From Actinomycetota bacterium (GTDB lineage: Bacteria > Actinomycetota > Actinomycetes > Actinomycetales > Dermatophilaceae), in assembly GCA_040006795.1 (NCBI GenBank), contig JBDTWH010000166.1, forward strand, positions 27,780 to 91,779: a DNA stretch of 64,000 nucleotides. Reading direction: 5' to 3'. This document shows positions 37,281 to 45,261 of this stretch, one piece after another; position 1 is the first letter of the stretch, and every line of letters starts with the position of its first letter. Position numbers and translations under genes: made by a program. The notes under the pieces were generated by a model. That model was not told the DNA's origin, searched no databases, and saw nothing but the letters and a program-made list of their open reading frames with translations.

Positions 37281-37304
37281 GAAGACCTGTCGTCGGCTGG
37301 TGCG

Positions 37305-37339
37305 TCGGTCAGGCGATCTCGTGCCTCGGTCAGGCGATC
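37305..37339. repeat. Direct repeat tcggtcaggcgatc x2 with 21-bp period, spanning the stop codon of the YbaK-like gene
   Basis: Copies at 37305-37318 and 37326-37339. The second copy contains the TGA (37330-37332, minus strand). The first is a duplicated pseudo-3'-end. Confidence 0.9.
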
Positions 37340-37839
37340 GCGGCCGGGCGGCCTCCGGTGAGCCTCAGCAGCTCGTTGTAGGACGTTGGGAAGACCGCGT
37401 GGGGGTGGCCCGCCGCGGCCCATATCTGGTCATAGCCACTCAGGGAGATGTCGACGACGGTCTCGATGGGATGGCTGAGAGCTATCGGCGCCACACCTCC
37501 GATCGTGAAGCCCGTGTGTTCTCTGACGAAGTCGGCATCGGCGAGGGAGATTGCCCGCAGCTCCAGCAGGTCTGCGAGTCTGAGGGTGTCGACCCGGTGT
37601 GCTCCTGAGGCGAGGACCAGCAGAGGCCGGATCATCTCGTCGCCGCGATCGGCCGCAAAGACCAGGGAGTTGGCGATCTGGGCGATCTCGATCCCCAGCG
37701 CGTCTGCAGCCTGCCTCGCGGTTCTTGCGGCGTCATCCAAAACGGTGATCTGTCCGCGGGTGCCGAAGGACGCGAGCGCAGCGGCCACCCGACGCACGCA
37801 GGGATCGTCGGTTACGTCCTCGCGGCTCAGACCGGTCAT
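37330..37839 (-). CDS. YbaK/EbsC-type aminoacyl-tRNA editing (deacylase) domain protein
   Basis: 169 aa. TARQAADALGIEIAQIANSLVF and GGVAPI are typical of the YbaK/ProX family. Confidence 0.78.
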   Translation of the reverse strand: MTGLSREDVTDDPCVRRVAAALASFGTRGQITVLDDAARTARQAADALGIEIAQIANSLVFAADRGDEMIRPLLVLASGAHRVDTLRLADLLELRAISLADADFVREHTGFTIGGVAPIALSHPIETVVDISLSGYDQIWAAAGHPHAVFPTSYNELLRLTGGRPAAIA

Positions 37840-37953
37840 CTGGCGAACGGTAGCCAGCCCGGGGTCCTTCGGGGAAGAGCACTGGGCGGGATGCTCGGAG
37901 GAGTACCCACGACATCGTCGCAGGAGTCCTCAACAGGTCGGGGGTTGACGGGC

Positions 37954-37975
37954 TGTCGGAGTCGCGGTGTACCTT
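37954..37975 (+). promoter_or_regulatory. RecA-NDp-like (PafBC-type) promoter motif upstream of the polymerase operon
   Basis: cTGTCGGAG-TCGCGGTG-TACCTT fits tTGTCRgtg-N8-TAnnnT. Confidence 0.5.
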
Positions 37976-37983
37976 TGGATTAG

Positions 37984-37999
37984 TCGAACATATGTTCTA
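37984..37999 (+). promoter_or_regulatory. LexA (SOS/Cheo) box
   Basis: TCGAACATATGTTCTA against the actinobacterial TCGAAC-N4-GTTCGA: 11 of 12 defined positions match. It lies in the 17-nt spacer of a possible TTGGAT(37975)-N17-TAGATT(38003) promoter, about 115 nt upstream of the ATG at 38115. Confidence 0.75.
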
Positions 38000-38114
38000 G
38001 ATTTTTCGTTCGACCGGTACGTCTGGTTCTGCGGCGGGCGCCTCGACCCCGTCCGTCGCAGGCCGGACGCACCCTCTGAACCCAACCTCCGCACACGTCC
38101 GAAGGAGCCCGACC

Positions 38115-38444
38115 ATGGTGCGTCGTTATGAGGAGTCCATCGAGGTCCGGGCAGGTGCCGGCGTTCAGGACCCGCCGCCTTCTGCCTTCCTGTGGCGCGG
38201 TCGGCTCTACATCGTCCGCGACGTGATCGGGCACTGGCGAGAGCGCAAGGCATGGTGGCGCGAGGCCCTCGACCCCGATGAAGAGACTGCGGCCCGTGGG
38301 CTGGACTGCCTTGAGCACGAGGTATGGCGGGTGGAAGCCAGCGCCGGCCGACTGGCCAACACCGGGGTGTACGACCTGGGGATGAACGCCCTGGGGATGG
38401 ACGGGCTTGCGCCCAGCTGGCGACTCCTGCGCGTGGCGGACTAG
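38115..38444 (+). CDS. Small Trp/Arg-rich protein, DUF6504-like by recollection
   Basis: 109 aa. AAGGAG RBS 7 nt upstream. FLWRGRLYIVRDVIGHWRERKAWWRE core. First gene behind the LexA box. Confidence 0.65.
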   Translation: MVRRYEESIEVRAGAGVQDPPPSAFLWRGRLYIVRDVIGHWRERKAWWREALDPDEETAARGLDCLEHEVWRVEASAGRLANTGVYDLGMNALGMDGLAPSWRLLRVAD

Positions 38445-38455
38445 GTGGTGTGGCT

Positions 38456-38899
38456 ATGACAACTCGTACTGCAACCGTGCCACGGGCACCCCTGGCCAGC
38501 ACTGCACTGGATCTGCTCGACCGATCCCGGGCCAGCCTGCTGTCGGCCTGCCACGCTGACACCGTCGCTGAGCGCTACATAGAGGCTCACCTCGCCGCGT
38601 TGCGGGCTGCAGCCGCGTTGCTGGCTGCGCGCAGCAGGCCAAGCCGGAGTGCACGGCTGCGCAGCGTGTGGGAGGTGCTGCCGCAGATGGCTCCCGAGCT
38701 GACCGAGTGGGCGGTGTTCTTCGCAGCCTCGGCCAGGCGTCGGGCGGCGTTCGAGCGAGGTTCGGCCGGGCCGGGTGCACGCGAGGCCGATGACCTTCTA
38801 CGGCAGTCCGAGACCTTCTTCGAGCTGATTCAGGGGGCACTCGGCCTGCCCATGAGCCGGCCGTTGCCCGAGTTCATGGCGGTGACCAGGTCGGCATGA
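38456..38899 (+). CDS. HEPN-like helical protein (SAV_6107-family-like by recollection) with an Rx4H motif
   Basis: ORF 38324..38899 trimmed to the ATG at 38456 (MTTRTATV...). Ala/Leu-rich and helical. RYIEAH at codons 40-45. Its stop overlaps the polymerase start (ATGA 38896-38899). Confidence 0.6.
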   Translation: MTTRTATVPRAPLASTALDLLDRSRASLLSACHADTVAERYIEAHLAALRAAAALLAARSRPSRSARLRSVWEVLPQMAPELTEWAVFFAASARRRAAFERGSAGPGAREADDLLRQSETFFELIQGALGLPMSRPLPEFMAVTRSA

Positions 38900-41800
38900 G
38901 TGATGCCTTCGCCCACCTGCACGTCGCGTCCGGTTTCTCGTTGCGTTACGGCGCATCGACCCCGGCGGCGTTGGTGGAACGTGCTTCGGCACTGGGCCAG
39001 CCCGCGCTGGCTCTGACGGACCGTGACGGGCTTTATGGCGCGGTGCGTTTCGTGCAGGCTTGCGACGAGGCCGGCATCGCTCCGGTACTGGGGGTGGACC
39101 TGGCTGTGGAGCGCGGGGTGGACCTGGCTGTGGATTACGTGGGGGACAGACAGGCCAGCTCTCCTGCAGGTCGAGGTATCCGGGCGGGCCGGGCCAGTCC
39201 CGCCCGGGGCGGTGCCGAGGTCGATCCCCGGCATCCCCGGGTCACGGTGCTGGCGCGAGGGCAGAGTGCGGGGGTCGACCCCGGGGTCGGCTGGGGCAGG
39301 TTGTGTCGCCTGGTGACCCAGACCCACCTCAGGGGCGAACGCGGAGCTCCGGTCAGCAGTCCAGAGCTCATCGCCGAGCATGCCACCGACCCCCGGAGCG
39401 GAGCACTGGCTCTGGTGGTCCTGCTCGGGCCGGCCTCTGATGTGGGCCAGGCCTTGCTGGCGCGCCGTCCCGGCCGGGCGCGCATGCTGTTGCGCCAGTG
39501 GGTCAACCTGATGCCCCGCGGCGGAGTGGTTATCGAGGTGGTGTGTCACGGCGGGCCGGAGGGCACCCCGGCCAGCCTCGGACATGCCGCCCGGCTGCTT
39601 GGCCTGGCCACTGAGGTCGGGTTGCCGACGGTGCTCACCGCGGCGGTCCGTCATGCCGATCCTGGCGGTGCCGTGACCGTTGACGTTCTTGATGCTGCCC
39701 GACGCCTCGTGCCACTGGACACGCGCCATCTCGACCGGGTCACCACTGCTGGTCATCTCAGCTCATCGGCCCAGATGTATACCGTGGCCTGCGACGTCGC
39801 CCGGGCCGCCGGCGGCGGGATCAGCGGCGGCAGCAGCGGTGAACGTGACAGGGCTCGCCAGCTGATGGCCGACACGGTGGCCCTGGCACAGGCCTGCACG
39901 CTGGATCTGAGCACCGACATCGGCATCGGCTCGGTGCACCTGCCCGAGCCCTCGGCACTCGGGATTGCCGCGGGTGAGAGCCCCCAGGAGATTTTGGCTG
40001 CTCGTTGTCGGGGGGCCATTGCCACGAGATACGGGGGAGCGGGGGACTGCGAGCTGTCAGCGGTGGCATCACGGCTCGATGACGAGCTTCGCGTCATTGC
40101 CCAGCTTGGCTATCCGACCTACTTCATGACGGTGGCGGCAGTGTGCGACCTGATCCGCGATCTCGGGGTGCGGGTGGCAGCAAGAGGTTCCGGTGCCGGC
40201 AGCCTGGTCAACTACCTGCTGGGCATCAGCGGGGTGGAGCCTTTGCGTTATGGCCTGCTCATGGAGCGGTTCTGCTCACCGCTACGCGCCCAGCTTCCCG
40301 ATATCGACATCGACGTGGAGTCAGCGCGGCGGACCGAGATCTACCAGCATGTCCTGGAGCGCTTTGGCGGGGACAGGGTCACCTGTGTATCGATGATGGA
40401 CACCTACCGGGCGCGCCACGCGATCAGGGACGTGGGCGCCGCCCTGGGGCTGCCGCCGGGTGAGATCGACGTCATCGCCAAGGCGTTTCCGCACATTCGG
40501 GCCCGCGATGTCCGTGGCGCCCTTGCCGAGCTGCCCGAGCTGCGCGCCAGCGGCCTGACTGCTCCTCGCCTGCGTGTTCTCTTCGACCTCGTGGAACGAC
40601 TCGACGGTCTGCCCCGGCACATCGCCGTGCACCCCTGCGGGGTGATCCTGTCCAACAAGGAGCTGCTCGACCGCACCCCGGTCGAGGCCAGCTGGCTGGG
40701 GTTCCCGATGAGCCAGTTCGACAAGGACGACGTCGAGACCCTGGGCCTGCTCAAGCTCGACATCCTCGGCATCCGCATGCAGTCCGCGATGGCGCACGCT
40801 GTCGATGAGGTGGCCCGGGTCGACGGCGTCAGCATCGACCTCGACGACCGGGCTCAGGTCACTCTCGATGATGACCGGGCATTTCGCCTGATCCGGTCCA
40901 CGCACACGCTGGGGTGCTTCCAGATCGAGAGCCCTGGTCAGCGTGAGCTGATCGGCAAGTTCGGGCCGGAGACCTTCGAGGACCTGATCATCGACATCTC
41001 GTTGTTTCGTCCCGGCCCGGTCAAGTCCGACATGATCAGCCCGTTCCTGCTGGCCCGCAATCATTGGCGTTCGCCGGAGTACCTCCACCCCACCCTTGAA
41101 CCAGCGCTGAAGGAGACCCAGGGCGTCGTGGTCTTCCACGAACAGGTGCTCAAGATCGTTGCCGAGACCACCGGTGTCACCCTGGCTCAGGCAGATGAGG
41201 TCCGCAGGGCACTGGGATCCCCTCAGGCTCAGCTGGACATCGAGGCCTGGTGGCGACCTGCAGCGGCGGCCCGGGGCTATGAGCCGGCAGCGGTCGACCG
41301 GATCTGGGAGGTTCTCAAGGCGTTCGCTTCCTTCGGTTTCTGCAAGGCTCACGCGGCAGCCTTCGCGTTGCCCACCTACCAGTCGGCGTGGCTCAAGGCG
41401 CATCACCCGGCGGCCTTCTTGTCCGGTGTGCTCACCCACGACCCGGGCATGTACCCCAAACGGCTGATCCTGGACGACGCACGCAACCTGGGCATCACCA
41501 TCCTGGGGCTGGACGTCAACGCCTCGGGTGCGAGCTACCGGGTGGAACGGGTCTCTCAGTTGGCCCTTGGTGACTGCGACAGTGACGTGCCTGACGGGGG
41601 TCAGACTGATGGTGGCGTGGCTGACGGTGGCGTGCCTGATGGTGGTCTGGCTGATGGTGGCGTGCCTGACAGTGGTCTGGCTGACCGTGTCCCTGTCAGG
41701 CGATCGCTGGTCGCCGACCTTCCCGACGGGCGGGCTTATGGCATCCGGCTGTCTCTGGCCGACGTCAAGGGCATCAGCGAAGCCGAGGTTCAGCGCATTC

Positions 41801-43056
41801 TGGCCGGCCAGCCGTACATCACACTTGCCGACTTCTGGCATCGCGCCCAGGTCAGTCGCCCAGTGGTCGAACGGCTGGTCATGGCCGGGGGGTTCGACTC
41901 GGTCTACGGGCTCAGTGGTCTCTGCGTGGCCTCAGGTGGCAGCGGTACGACCGGGCGGCGAGGCAGGGTGACCCGGCGTGACCTCTTGCTGCATGTGGCC
42001 GAGCTCGACCGGTGGTCTGGTTCGGTGCGCCGATCCGGTCGCAGGGCGGCAGCTCGTGCGCCCAGGTCCGTGGCTGCCAGTGCTGCCGCGGCTACTCGCG
42101 GGGCGACACTGGCGCGAGAGACACGGACGCGCGCAACACCGGCCGGCCCAGCCGCCCCCGAGACGGGAGACGTGCGGCTTCTGGCAGCAGCCCAGTCCCG
42201 AGGCGGGTTGCCCGTCATACCGGCTCGGGAGCAGCCCACCCAGCTCACCCTCGACCTGGGGGACGCCCCCGAGCTCACCACGGCCACCGGCCTGCCCGAG
42301 ATGACGGGGCCAGAGCGGGTTCGGGCCGAGCTGGAGATTCTCGGGCTGGATGCCAGTGCTCACATCGTCGATTTCTACGCCCCGATGTTGCAGGCGCTCG
42401 GAGTGACCCGATCTGGTCAGCTCCTCGGACATCGAAGTCGCTCCGAGCTGTGGGTCGCCGGGGTCAAGGTCGCCACCCAGACACCGCCGGTCCGCTCGGG
42501 TCGACGCGTGGTGTTCCTCACTCTCGACGACTCCACAGGCCCGGTCGACGCAACCTTCTTCGAGGACGTCCAAGGTCCCTATGCAGCGACAGTTTTCCAT
42601 TCCTGGATGCTTCTGGTCCGCGGGATCCTGCGACGGACCGGCTCCAGGGGGGTCTCCCTGCGCGCAACCGGGGCGTGGGAGCTGTCCGGGCTGTGGGATG
42701 CCTGGAGTCAGGGTGGTCTCGAGGCTGTGCACGCGGCGCTGTCCGAAGCCGATGGTCATGGTGTCGATGAGTCTGGTGTCGATGAGTCTGGTGTCGATGA
42801 GTCTGGTGTCGATGAGTCTGGTGTCGATGAGTCTGGTGCTGACCCGGGCAGCTCTGCTGGTGGGATGGACGGCCCCCGCACCCGGATGCTGGTGCATGCC
42901 TCAGGGTTCAGACAGTCGCCCTATGCGGACGTCAAACCTGCCGGCGGCGATGTCAGGGACTCCCACAGCCTGCCCGGGGAAGGCCGCGCAGTTCCCTCTG
43001 AAGGCGCCCCGCCGCGCAAGCTGTGGCACGCCAGCCCCGGAAGCTCAGGGCGCTAA
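38896..43056 (+). CDS. dnaE2: DnaE-family DNA polymerase III alpha-like, DnaE2/ImuC-type, with large low-complexity insertions
   Basis: 1386 aa. N-terminus FAHLHVASGFSLRYGAS...LALTDRDGLYG (PHP-like, DnaE2-style GAS). Palm motifs LPDIDIDVE and LLKLDILGIRMQS. VVFHEQV and FCKAHAAAFA. OB-fold-like C-terminal region, then an acidic (GVDES)5 tail. The DnaE2 assignment rests on the N-terminal pattern plus the LexA box, not on phylogeny. Confidence 0.85.
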   Translation: MSDAFAHLHVASGFSLRYGASTPAALVERASALGQPALALTDRDGLYGAVRFVQACDEAGIAPVLGVDLAVERGVDLAVDYVGDRQASSPAGRGIRAGRASPARGGAEVDPRHPRVTVLARGQSAGVDPGVGWGRLCRLVTQTHLRGERGAPVSSPELIAEHATDPRSGALALVVLLGPASDVGQALLARRPGRARMLLRQWVNLMPRGGVVIEVVCHGGPEGTPASLGHAARLLGLATEVGLPTVLTAAVRHADPGGAVTVDVLDAARRLVPLDTRHLDRVTTAGHLSSSAQMYTVACDVARAAGGGISGGSSGERDRARQLMADTVALAQACTLDLSTDIGIGSVHLPEPSALGIAAGESPQEILAARCRGAIATRYGGAGDCELSAVASRLDDELRVIAQLGYPTYFMTVAAVCDLIRDLGVRVAARGSGAGSLVNYLLGISGVEPLRYGLLMERFCSPLRAQLPDIDIDVESARRTEIYQHVLERFGGDRVTCVSMMDTYRARHAIRDVGAALGLPPGEIDVIAKAFPHIRARDVRGALAELPELRASGLTAPRLRVLFDLVERLDGLPRHIAVHPCGVILSNKELLDRTPVEASWLGFPMSQFDKDDVETLGLLKLDILGIRMQSAMAHAVDEVARVDGVSIDLDDRAQVTLDDDRAFRLIRSTHTLGCFQIESPGQRELIGKFGPETFEDLIIDISLFRPGPVKSDMISPFLLARNHWRSPEYLHPTLEPALKETQGVVVFHEQVLKIVAETTGVTLAQADEVRRALGSPQAQLDIEAWWRPAAAARGYEPAAVDRIWEVLKAFASFGFCKAHAAAFALPTYQSAWLKAHHPAAFLSGVLTHDPGMYPKRLILDDARNLGITILGLDVNASGASYRVERVSQLALGDCDSDVPDGGQTDGGVADGGVPDGGLADGGVPDSGLADRVPVRRSLVADLPDGRAYGIRLSLADVKGISEAEVQRILAGQPYITLADFWHRAQVSRPVVERLVMAGGFDSVYGLSGLCVASGGSGTTGRRGRVTRRDLLLHVAELDRWSGSVRRSGRRAAARAPRSVAASAAAATRGATLARETRTRATPAGPAAPETGDVRLLAAAQSRGGLPVIPAREQPTQLTLDLGDAPELTTATGLPEMTGPERVRAELEILGLDASAHIVDFYAPMLQALGVTRSGQLLGHRSRSELWVAGVKVATQTPPVRSGRRVVFLTLDDSTGPVDATFFEDVQGPYAATVFHSWMLLVRGILRRTGSRGVSLRATGAWELSGLWDAWSQGGLEAVHAALSEADGHGVDESGVDESGVDESGVDESGVDESGADPGSSAGGMDGPRTRMLVHASGFRQSPYADVKPAGGDVRDSHSLPGEGRAVPSEGAPPRKLWHASPGSSGR
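39091..39134 (+). repeat. In-frame 24-bp-period duplication (ggggtggacctggctgtgga x2) in the polymerase PHP region
   Basis: Copies at 39091-39110 and 39115-39134. Encodes GVDLAVER-GVDLAVDY. Confidence 0.92.
41593..41682 (+). repeat. Six imperfect in-frame 15-bp repeats (DGGQT-DGGVA-DGGVP-DGGLA-DGGVP-DSGLA) inserted in the polymerase
   Basis: Read directly. The units differ by 1-4 nt. Confidence 0.9.
42760..42834 (+). repeat. Five perfect in-frame 15-bp repeats (ggtgtcgatgagtct) encoding (GVDES)5 near the polymerase C-terminus
   Basis: Read directly. All five copies are identical, and a sixth degenerate copy follows. Confidence 0.97.
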
Positions 43057-43140
43057 GGTGGAGATGACCCGAGCATCACCGCAGTCGCCCCGTCTGGCCT
43101 GTTACCCGGCGGCGACCACCAGCACAAGAGGAGCCTTGTC

Positions 43141-43917
43141 GTGGCTGATGAAGGGCGACGTAGTGGGCGCAGCGACGTCGAGACCTCCGTGCGTACCTCT
43201 GCTGTGTGGGAGTCCGTGCGGGCCGTGGTGGTCGACCGCGAGCAACAGCTCGGTCGCCGGCTGCGCGTCGTCGATCTTGGTGGTGGCACAGGCGGTCTGG
43301 CAGTTCCACTGGCTCAGCTCGGTCATCACGTCACGGTCATCGACCCCAGCCTGGACGCGTTGGCCTCGCTGCACCGCCGGGCTGGCGACTCCGGGGTCGC
43401 CGGGCTCATCGTTGCCGTGCAGGGCGATGCCGCAAACCTGCTTGAAGTCCACCCCGACGCTGACGCCGACCTCGTGTGCTGTCATGGCGCGCTGGAGTTC
43501 GTCGACGACCCGGCAGCGACCCTGCGATCCATCGCCGGGGTGCTCGCAGACGGCGGATACGTCAGTCTCGTGGTCGCCACCCGCATCGCCGCCGTGCTGG
43601 CCCGTGCGCTTGCCGGCCAGTTCGCCCAGGCGCAGTGCGCGCTCACCAGTGATGACGGTCGATGGGGTCCGGCCGATCCGCTACCGCGGCGCTTCGATGC
43701 GGGCGGCATCACTGCCCTGGTCGAGGGCGCAGGGCTGGGCGTCCAGGACATTCATGGCGTTCGCATCTTCAGTGATCTCGTACCTGCCGCCTATGTCGAC
43801 TTCGATGCCGACCGGGCCGCACTGCTCAAGCTCGAGCAGGCTGCTTCTCGTCATCCCGAGTACGCCTTCCTCGGGCACATCGGTGCAGCTCTGCATGTGC
43901 TGGCCCGCCGTAGCTAA
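43141..43917 (+). CDS. Class I SAM-dependent methyltransferase
   Basis: 258 aa. Motif I VVDLGGGTGGLAVPLA, then HHVTVIDPS. The start codon is uncertain (GTG 43141 or downstream). Confidence 0.78.
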   Translation: MADEGRRSGRSDVETSVRTSAVWESVRAVVVDREQQLGRRLRVVDLGGGTGGLAVPLAQLGHHVTVIDPSLDALASLHRRAGDSGVAGLIVAVQGDAANLLEVHPDADADLVCCHGALEFVDDPAATLRSIAGVLADGGYVSLVVATRIAAVLARALAGQFAQAQCALTSDDGRWGPADPLPRRFDAGGITALVEGAGLGVQDIHGVRIFSDLVPAAYVDFDADRAALLKLEQAASRHPEYAFLGHIGAALHVLARRS

Positions 43918-44001
43918 CCCGCCGCAGGACCGGCTTTTTGACAACCGGGCGGTGCGCACCCGTGTCACCTCGCCGCATGACTATCGCCAGGACTCCCGGC
44001 G

Positions 44002-45261
44002 ATGAGCCGGCGCCAGTTCGTCGTTCCCGAACGCCAGGGCGATCAAGCTCCTGACGACGAAGGCTGCTCGATCCTGCACGTGGATATGGACGCGTTCTAC
44101 GCGCTGGCGTCCCTGCTGAGCCGGCCCGAGCTAAAAGGCACGCCAGTCATCATCGCTGGTGGCGGCAATCGAGGGGTCGTCCTGTCGGCGACCTACGAGG
44201 CGCGCGCTTTCGGTGTGCACGCAGCGATGCCGACCGCGCGGGCCCGACGGTTGTGTCCACAGGCCACTGTCGTGGCTCCTGACCATGCCCGCTACGAACG
44301 AATCTCCCGAGCCGTCATGGCGGTGTTCGCCAGCGTGACGCCGTTCGTCGAGCCGCTGTCCCTGGACGAGGCGTTCCTGGATGTGTCCGGCGCCCGCCGC
44401 CGGCTGGGCTCGCCACGTCAGATTGCCCAGGGGATCCGCGACACGATCGCTGACGAGCAGGGCATCACCTGCTCGGTCGGGGTCGCTACCACCAAGTTCA
44501 TCGCGAAGCTCGCGTCGGGCTTGGCCAAACCCGACGGCCTGCTCGTGGTTCCCGAGACCGAGGTGGTCGGATTCCTTCACCAGCTGCCGGTCGGCGCCCT
44601 GTGGGGTGTCGGGGAGCGCACGGAGGAGGTTCTGCAGCGTCTGGGGCTGCAGACCGTGGCCGACATCGCCCACACGCCGGTGGACACCTTGCGCAGAGCC
44701 CTTGGCGACAACGCCGGACCTGCCCTGCACGCGCTGGCCTGGGGACGCGACTCACGCTCAGTGATGCCCATTCGTCGCGAACGCAGCATCGGTGCTGACG
44801 AGACGTTCCCCTACGACGTGGACGACCCGGCCTACATCCACCGTGAGCTGCTCAAGCTCAGCGACCGCACCGCGGCCCGGGTGCGTGCAGCGGGGATGAT
44901 GGGACGAACGATCTCGATCAAGGTGCGCTTCTCGGACTTCACCACGATCACGCGATCCAAGACCCTGCGCGACCCCACCGACGTCAGCCGCGATATCTAC
45001 GCGACGGCTCGCGCACTGTTCGACGCGTTGGGTCTGCAGAGAGCCCGCCTGCGCCTGGTCGGCGTTCGGATGGAAGGCCTGCTGGAATCCGATCAGGCAC
45101 CGGTACAGGGGCTGCTCGATGAGCCGGAGCACGGCTGGCGTGACGCCGATCGCGCGGTGGATCGGGCCAGTGCGCGGTTCGGTGCCGGTGCGGTTCGACC
45201 TGGCAGTCTGGTGGAAGGTGAGCGGTTGGCTACCGCTCCGAAGCGCGGCGACATATCCTGA
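44002..45261 (+). CDS. dinB: DNA polymerase IV (Y-family)
   Basis: 419 aa. ILHVDMDAFYA, SLDEAFLDVSG, LPVGALWGVGERT. Confidence 0.92.
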   Translation: MSRRQFVVPERQGDQAPDDEGCSILHVDMDAFYALASLLSRPELKGTPVIIAGGGNRGVVLSATYEARAFGVHAAMPTARARRLCPQATVVAPDHARYERISRAVMAVFASVTPFVEPLSLDEAFLDVSGARRRLGSPRQIAQGIRDTIADEQGITCSVGVATTKFIAKLASGLAKPDGLLVVPETEVVGFLHQLPVGALWGVGERTEEVLQRLGLQTVADIAHTPVDTLRRALGDNAGPALHALAWGRDSRSVMPIRRERSIGADETFPYDVDDPAYIHRELLKLSDRTAARVRAAGMMGRTISIKVRFSDFTTITRSKTLRDPTDVSRDIYATARALFDALGLQRARLRLVGVRMEGLLESDQAPVQGLLDEPEHGWRDADRAVDRASARFGAGAVRPGSLVEGERLATAPKRGDIS

